32,000 bases of DNA. Origin: Alkanindiges illinoisensis DSM 15370 (GTDB lineage Bacteria; Pseudomonadota; Gammaproteobacteria; Pseudomonadales; Moraxellaceae). Positions 27,457-32,000 of the stretch are shown here, piece by piece. The position numbers were made by a program, and so were the translations under genes. Below the pieces are notes generated by a model, which saw nothing but the letters and a program-made list of their open reading frames with translations, had not been told where the DNA came from and did not search any database. Numbering within the stretch: position 1 is the first letter of the stretch; every line of letters starts with the position of its first letter. The stretch is taken from positions 120,001-152,000 of the forward strand of contig NZ_JHUX01000003.1 in assembly GCF_000619845.1 (NCBI RefSeq), given 5' to 3'.

Positions 27457-28245
27457 CTAGGTCAGTCGTTGACGTACCATTTCAAACAGGCATATCGCGC
27501 CTGCAATGGCAACATTTAACGATTCCTGACCACCGGGTTGTGGAATGGCAATTCCCTGAGCGTGTTGCAACAAATTTTCGCTAATGCCTTGGCCTTCATT
27601 ACCCATTAACCAGATACATGGCTGCTTGAGGTCAAGCTGATATAGGGATTGCTGGGCATGTGAACTGGTGGCATATACAGGCAGGGAAAGTGTGGGTATC
27701 AGTGTTTTTAAAGCCACATGCTCGAAAATACTCAGGCTAAATTGCGCACCCATGCCAGCACGCAATACCCGTGGTGACCAGATAGCAGCTGTGCCTGTAC
27801 TGCAAATAATTTGTTTGATTCCTGCAGCTGCTGCAGTCCGCAATAAAGTGCCTACGTTACCAGGGTCTTGTAGGTTTTCCAGAACCAGCATGTCGCTATT
27901 CTGGTTAATCTCAGCAGGAGAAGAGGGGGTATCAATGACTGCCATGATATCAATACCCGGTCCAAGCGTACGTATATCCTGATAAAGGCTGTCAGTAAGG
28001 ACATAAACAGGTAAGCCGCTAAGCTGATCCAGTAGTTGCTGGACTTCCATGTTTTCCAGTGCCTGACGCGTGAGATAAAATGCATTTACCGGTTTTCCGG
28101 TTTTAAGATAGGCCTCGATTAAATGCACGCCTTCCAGAACGGTTTGTTGTTGTTTCTTGCGATAGTTAGCCTGCTCGCATAAACCACGCAAGTGTTTAAC
28201 CTTATTGTTGTCTTTAGCGTGAATATCAATAAAAGATAAAGTCAT
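27457..28245 (-). CDS. TrmH/SpoU-family RNA 2'-O-methyltransferase (RlmB-like)
   Basis: It has SpoU-type motifs (LVLENLQDPGNVGTLLRTAAAAG, LMGNEGQGIS, SLNVAIAGAICLFE). I moved the start to the ATG at 28245 (MTLSFIDIHAKDNNKVKHLRGL). The longer ORF adds a non-homologous hydrophobic leader. The start choice is uncertain. Confidence 0.75.
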   Translation of the reverse strand: MTLSFIDIHAKDNNKVKHLRGLCEQANYRKKQQQTVLEGVHLIEAYLKTGKPVNAFYLTRQALENMEVQQLLDQLSGLPVYVLTDSLYQDIRTLGPGIDIMAVIDTPSSPAEINQNSDMLVLENLQDPGNVGTLLRTAAAAGIKQIICSTGTAAIWSPRVLRAGMGAQFSLSIFEHVALKTLIPTLSLPVYATSSHAQQSLYQLDLKQPCIWLMGNEGQGISENLLQHAQGIAIPQPGGQESLNVAIAGAICLFEMVRQRLT

Positions 28246-28381
28246 GGGCAAATCGTCTAATTTTAAAATAATCCGGATTAAGGGTGAGCTAATATCGAAC
28301 AAAATCCAAAATATTAAACGCTGGCCCTGCATTCACAAGTTTTAGCAGTGAGCCAGCGTCCATAAAGTTATAAGCTGCGTA

Positions 28382-29383
28382 TTAAACTGAAGCAGTATCC
28401 TGATGATAGGAAACCAGACGTTCTACTTCATTTTTGGAACCCAGAATAACCGGAATACGCTGGTGCAGGTCATTCGGCTTAACATCCAGAATCGGCTGGC
28501 GACCAGTACTGGCTGCACCGCCAGCCTGTTCAATCAGCATACCCATTGGATTAGCTTCATACATTAGGCGTAAGCGTCCAGCTTTGCTTGGGTCTTTCAG
28601 ATCATAAGGGTACATGAAGATGCCACCACGCGTGAGGATGCGATGAATGTCACCTACCATGCAAGCGACCCAGCGCATATTGAAATCCTTGCCACGCACA
28701 CCGGTTTTACCGGCAATACACTCGTCAATGTAGCGTTTAACAGGCGCTTCCCAGTGACGGGTATTGGAGCTATTAATTGCAAATTCCTGCGTGTCTTCTG
28801 GAATGCTGAGACGTTCGGCTGTCAGGATAAATTCGCCAACATCACGATCCAGTGTAAATACATCAACGCCATCACCCAGTGTTAACACCAGCATGGTGGA
28901 AGGGCCATAAAGCACATAGCCAGCAGCAACCTGCTTGCGGCCTTCCTGCATAAAATCTTCAAAACGCGCGGCACCTGCATGATCTTGCTGCAAAATAGAA
29001 AAAATAGTGCCTACGCTCATGTTAATGTCAATATTGCTGGAACCATCCAGTGGATCAAACAATAGCAAATATTTGGCATCGTCATTGCCAGCAATCATTT
29101 CGTCCATTTCTTCTGAGGCTAGCGCGGCTACTTTACCACCACTTAGTACAGTATCCATTAACAACACATTGGATACCACGTCCAGCTTCTTTTGAACTTC
29201 GCCCTGTACATTGTCACTGCCTGCACTGCCCAACATATTGGCCAGTGCGCCTTTATGCAGTGCTGCACTGATGGCTTTACAGGCAATTGAAACCTGTACG
29301 ATCAACTGGGTTAGGTCAGGAGTCAGATGTGCTAAACGTTGCTGTCGATCCAGTAAATACTGATTCAAGGTGATATTAGACAT
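28382..29383 (-). CDS. fbp: Fructose-1,6-bisphosphatase class 1
   Basis: It carries [10 protein letters not shown] and [12 protein letters not shown] motifs. I moved the start to the ATG at 29383, which follows GAGGAG. The track's 45-aa N-terminal extension has no FBPase counterpart. Confidence 0.9.
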   Translation of the reverse strand: MSNITLNQYLLDRQQRLAHLTPDLTQLIVQVSIACKAISAALHKGALANMLGSAGSDNVQGEVQKKLDVVSNVLLMDTVLSGGKVAALASEEMDEMIAGNDDAKYLLLFDPLDGSSNIDINMSVGTIFSILQQDHAGAARFEDFMQEGRKQVAAGYVLYGPSTMLVLTLGDGVDVFTLDRDVGEFILTAERLSIPEDTQEFAINSSNTRHWEAPVKRYIDECIAGKTGVRGKDFNMRWVACMVGDIHRILTRGGIFMYPYDLKDPSKAGRLRLMYEANPMGMLIEQAGGAASTGRQPILDVKPNDLHQRIPVILGSKNEVERLVSYHQDTASV

Positions 29384-29451
29384 CGATTGCTCCTCAAGCG
29401 GTTCCAAGACAGTTTTTCTAAAATTAAATACAGGATAGGACACACGACTTT

Positions 29452-29489
29452 TGTAAAAAACGGGTAGGGTATCTCTGTAAAAAACAGGT
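29452..29489. repeat. Two 14-nt direct repeats, 24 nt apart, upstream of fbp
   Basis: TGTAAAAAACGGGT (29452-29465) and TGTAAAAAACAGGT (29476-29489) match at 13 of 14 positions. A degenerate third copy (AATAAAAACAGGC) lies at about 29495-29507 and overlaps the pal terminator. Confidence 0.6.
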
Positions 29490-29494
29490 GGCTC

Positions 29495-29524
29495 AATAAA
29501 AACAGGCTGCCTTTGCAACCTGTT
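29495..29524 (-). terminator. Rho-independent terminator after pal
   Basis: The minus strand reads AACAGGtTGCaaagGCAgCCTGTTtttatt. That is a 6+3 bp interrupted stem followed by a T-rich run, about 38 nt after the pal stop. Confidence 0.6.
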
Positions 29525-29561
29525 GTGAATCCAGCCAGCTTTAAAGCGGGGCTATTATAAG

Positions 29562-30149
29562 TTAGTTAGGGGCACCTGCGCTGTAATTAATTTCAACCCG
29601 GCGATTTTCTGCCCAGGCCGCATCGTTATGGCCTTCATTAACCGGTTGTTCCTTGCCATAGCTCACAGTTTCAATCTGCTCATTACGCGCGCCATTGGTG
29701 ACTAAAAAAGCTTGTACTGATTTGGCGCGACGCTCGCCCAGTGCCATGTTGTATTCACGGGTTCCACGCTCATCGGTATGGCCAGTCAGGGTAACGCGGG
29801 CACCATTATTTTGTGACAGATAACGGGCATGAGCGTTTAGGGTTGCCAGATCGGTCTGTGATAAATCACTGCTGTCGTAATCAAAATGCACCACACGCGC
29901 AGCCAGTGCCTGACGAACTGCATCCATTGGGCCATTGGCGCCATTCATGCCACTGCTGTTGAGATCGCCATTATTGCCAAGGCCAGTACTGGAGGCACCA
30001 GTACCAGTACCTGTAGTGCCATTACCTGCAGTAGCTGTGGTATTGGTAGTAGTGGCTGGTTTACGGCTGGCACAACCTGTCATGGCCAGTGCAATGGCAA
30101 GGCCCGGAATCATTAATAGATGCATGGTTTTTAATGAGGATTGGTACAT
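29562..30149 (-). CDS. pal: Peptidoglycan-associated lipoprotein Pal (OmpA-like domain)
   Basis: It has a signal peptide with a lipobox-like AMTG|C. A Thr/Gly/Asn-rich linker follows. The OmpA-like domain carries LTGHTDERGTREYNMALGERRA. GGAGA lies upstream of the ATG at 30149, and the gene is downstream of tolB. Confidence 0.85.
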   Translation of the reverse strand: MYQSSLKTMHLLMIPGLAIALAMTGCASRKPATTTNTTATAGNGTTGTGTGASSTGLGNNGDLNSSGMNGANGPMDAVRQALAARVVHFDYDSSDLSQTDLATLNAHARYLSQNNGARVTLTGHTDERGTREYNMALGERRAKSVQAFLVTNGARNEQIETVSYGKEQPVNEGHNDAAWAENRRVEINYSAGAPN

Positions 30150-30306
30150 GGTGTCTCCAGTTCAAATTTTGTGTCAGGGTCTACCTTAACGCGTCTCTAA
30201 AACATTTCAATGATTTTTTACATTTTTTAAAAAAGAATCAAAGTGTTGTAGAGAAGCTTAATTTAAGGTGAGTTTAAGCAAGCGTAATTCTAGTAACCTA
30301 TCGTCT

Positions 30307-31596
30307 TTAGCGACGTGGTGCCCAGGCGGGTTCCCGCACTTCACCTTGCTCACTTGGCAAACGCATTCTAAAGCGGCCATCGACTGACATAATGGATAAC
30401 ATGCCACGACTGCCTTCACGGGTAGCATAAACCACCATTTGTCCATTCGGCGAAAAGCTTGGTGATTCATCCAGCGGTGTAGGGGTCAAGATACTAATCA
30501 CCCCAGAGGCCAGATCCTGTACAGCAACCTGATATTGGCTACCTGCTTTACGGTGTACTAGGGCGAGGCTGCGGCCATCACTGCTTAAGGTGCCTCGTGC
30601 ATTAAATGGCCCGCTAAAGGTTAGGCGACGGGTACTGCCATCATCAAGATTGTAGCGATAAATTTGTGGCGTGCCGCCGCGGTCCGAGGTAAAGACAAAC
30701 GATTTGCCATCAGGACTATAACGTGCTTCGGTGTCAATGGCAGTATCGCGGGTCAGGCGGGTAATGCGCTTGGTGGCAATATTCATTTCATAAACTTCAG
30801 GATTGCCATCCATAGAACCCGTAAATAGCATTCTTTGGCCATCTGGGGAAATACTGGGCGCGCCATTTAAACCTTTGAACTGGGCCAGAACCTCACGTTG
30901 ACCTGTGGCCAGATCCTGTAGATAAATCGCAGGGCGTTTGGTTTCAAAGGAAACATAAGCCAGTTTACGTGCGTCCGGTGTCCAGGTAGGTGATAAAATC
31001 GGCTCCGGCGATTCCAGAATAGTTTTGGGTTGCTGGCCATCAGTATCGGCAATTTGCAGCGTATACATTAGCTTGCCCGCTTCACGGTTACGCAACACGT
31101 AGGCAATTTGGCCAGAAAAATCACCCTGAATACCAGTTAAAGCCTGATAGATTTTATCAGCAATCAAATGACCTGCTTCACGCTGACGGCTAGCAGGAAC
31201 TTGCAGCACTTCGCCCAGCAGGCGGGTATTTTTCTTGACGTCAAACAATTCATACTGGATTTGCAGGCCATCCCCTGATGGGGTAACTTTACCAACCACC
31301 ACATAAGGGATACCGCTGCTTTGCCATGTGCCTACATTAATTTCGGCACTGCTGGTGGGGCGTTCTGGCAAATTGGTTGAGGCGCTATTAAATTTGCCTG
31401 AGCGCTGCAAGTCGCTTTGCACGATGGAATACACCAGATTGTCAGAAGCAAAGGGGACTACTGCAATTTGTGGCGCTTCTTCGAAGGCTTTGGCAACTTC
31501 AAAGGTAAGCGCAGCATGGGCAATTTGAGTTGTTAAAGCAGGCAAAAATGCACTGCTGGCAACGATGCAGGCAGTAAGCAAGCGTGATTTAAGCAT
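30307..31596 (-). CDS. tolB: Tol-Pal system periplasmic beta-propeller protein TolB
   Basis: It has a signal peptide and an N-terminal TolB domain. Repeated (S/T)PDG propeller blades are present (TWTPDARK, SISPDGQR, RYSPDGKS, SFSPNGQ). Its position between tolA and pal supports the call. Confidence 0.9.
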   Translation of the reverse strand: MLKSRLLTACIVASSAFLPALTTQIAHAALTFEVAKAFEEAPQIAVVPFASDNLVYSIVQSDLQRSGKFNSASTNLPERPTSSAEINVGTWQSSGIPYVVVGKVTPSGDGLQIQYELFDVKKNTRLLGEVLQVPASRQREAGHLIADKIYQALTGIQGDFSGQIAYVLRNREAGKLMYTLQIADTDGQQPKTILESPEPILSPTWTPDARKLAYVSFETKRPAIYLQDLATGQREVLAQFKGLNGAPSISPDGQRMLFTGSMDGNPEVYEMNIATKRITRLTRDTAIDTEARYSPDGKSFVFTSDRGGTPQIYRYNLDDGSTRRLTFSGPFNARGTLSSDGRSLALVHRKAGSQYQVAVQDLASGVISILTPTPLDESPSFSPNGQMVVYATREGSRGMLSIMSVDGRFRMRLPSEQGEVREPAWAPRR

Positions 31597-31662
31597 GATT
31601 TAGCAACTCCTTGGATATTCGTAACTGTTTTTTGACTGGGCTACCATAGCAACTTTTTTCCA

Positions 31663-32000
31663 TTATTTAAACGTGGGTTCAAGCCGCTGCGCCAATTTTC
31701 GAGCTTCCGGATCATCCGGCATGTCATAGGGTGCAGCTTGTTCAATGGCAGCACGGATGCTGGCATCACAGTCATCATTGCCACTTGATTTAGTAATGAC
31801 CACGGATGCGATCTGACCACTAGCGGTTAGGCTAATTCGCGCCTTTGCCGAGTTGCCATCACAGCCTGCTGGTTTGCGCCATGCACTTTTCATTCTGTTC
31901 TGGAAACCTGCAGTTGAAACAGCAGCTACTTTTTTAGCTTCTGCCTTGGCATCGGCTTTAGCTCTTGCCTCACTCTCAGCTTTTTCGCGTGCATCATCTT
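31663..32000 (-). CDS. tolA: TolA, C-terminal part (5' end lies beyond the window)
   Basis: The reading frame stays open upstream of the track's internal ATG (31893) to the window end. It encodes a Lys/Ala/Glu-rich segment (DDAREKAESEARAKADAKAEAKK) typical of TolA domain II, followed by a small C-terminal globular domain. It lies immediately upstream of tolB. Confidence 0.75.
   Translation of the reverse strand, partial: DDAREKAESEARAKADAKAEAKKVAAVSTAGFQNRMKSAWRKPAGCDGNSAKARISLTASGQIASVVITKSSGNDDCDASIRAAIEQAAPYDMPDDPEARKLAQRLEPTFK

Noticed and set aside
27425-27460. An 11-codon plus-strand mini-ORF (MSKDICKYACG) right after a GGAGG (27417-27421), between the methyltransferase stop and the ECF sigma promoter region.
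   Set aside because: The SD-to-ATG spacing is only 3 nt. The ORF runs into the 3' end of the opposite-strand methyltransferase gene. On the minus strand the same bases form a small hairpin downstream of that gene. There is no supporting evidence for a peptide.
27360-27584. A 74-aa plus-strand ORF starting at a TTGACA-containing site.
   Set aside because: Most of it is antisense to the well-supported SpoU-family methyltransferase gene. The translation has no recognisable features. The TTGACA hexamer overlaps the candidate minus-strand ECF promoter and has no convincing -10 partner.
30223-30234. A TTTTTTAAAAAA palindrome and nearby GCTTAA...TTAAGC inverted repeat in the tolB-pal intergenic region.
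   Set aside because: They are pure A/T homopolymer symmetry and a 6-bp stem with a long loop. They are too weak to call a regulatory site or terminator. They probably just reflect AT-rich promoter or spacer DNA upstream of pal.

Overview
This looks like a chromosomal window from a gammaproteobacterium. Gene content and order resemble Moraxellaceae/Acinetobacter, but that is inference only, since no search was possible.

Most of the window is housekeeping or core metabolism:
- the 3' part of comEC, an LpxL/HtrB-family acyltransferase, and sppA with a coupled alpha/beta hydrolase
- a complete acyclic-terpene-utilisation type cluster (atuR divergent from atuA-B-C-D-D'-E-F) with a tandemly duplicated acyl-CoA dehydrogenase
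- purMN, and an AI-2E permease coupled to hda
- an ECF sigma / anti-sigma / DUF3106-like trio
- a TrmH-family methyltransferase, fbp, and pal-tolB-tolA (3' end)

Two accessory-looking patches stand out.
1. A roughly 1.4 kb, strongly AT-rich insert (about 5050-6528) carries two co-oriented ORFs with no motif I can recognise.
2. A translationally coupled pair of large secreted beta-helix proteins lies at 21458-25875. Each has a Sec signal peptide, a CSLREA motif, GGAI/FxxN repeats, a DQRG...CDVGAIE motif and a GlyGly-CTERM (rhombosortase-type) tail. No rhombosortase gene is in the window. The pair shares a bidirectional terminator with the convergent ECF sigma operon.

I saw no rRNA, tRNA, CRISPR array, IS/transposase or integrase. 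All family assignments come from motifs read in the translated ORFs and need HMM/BLAST confirmation.
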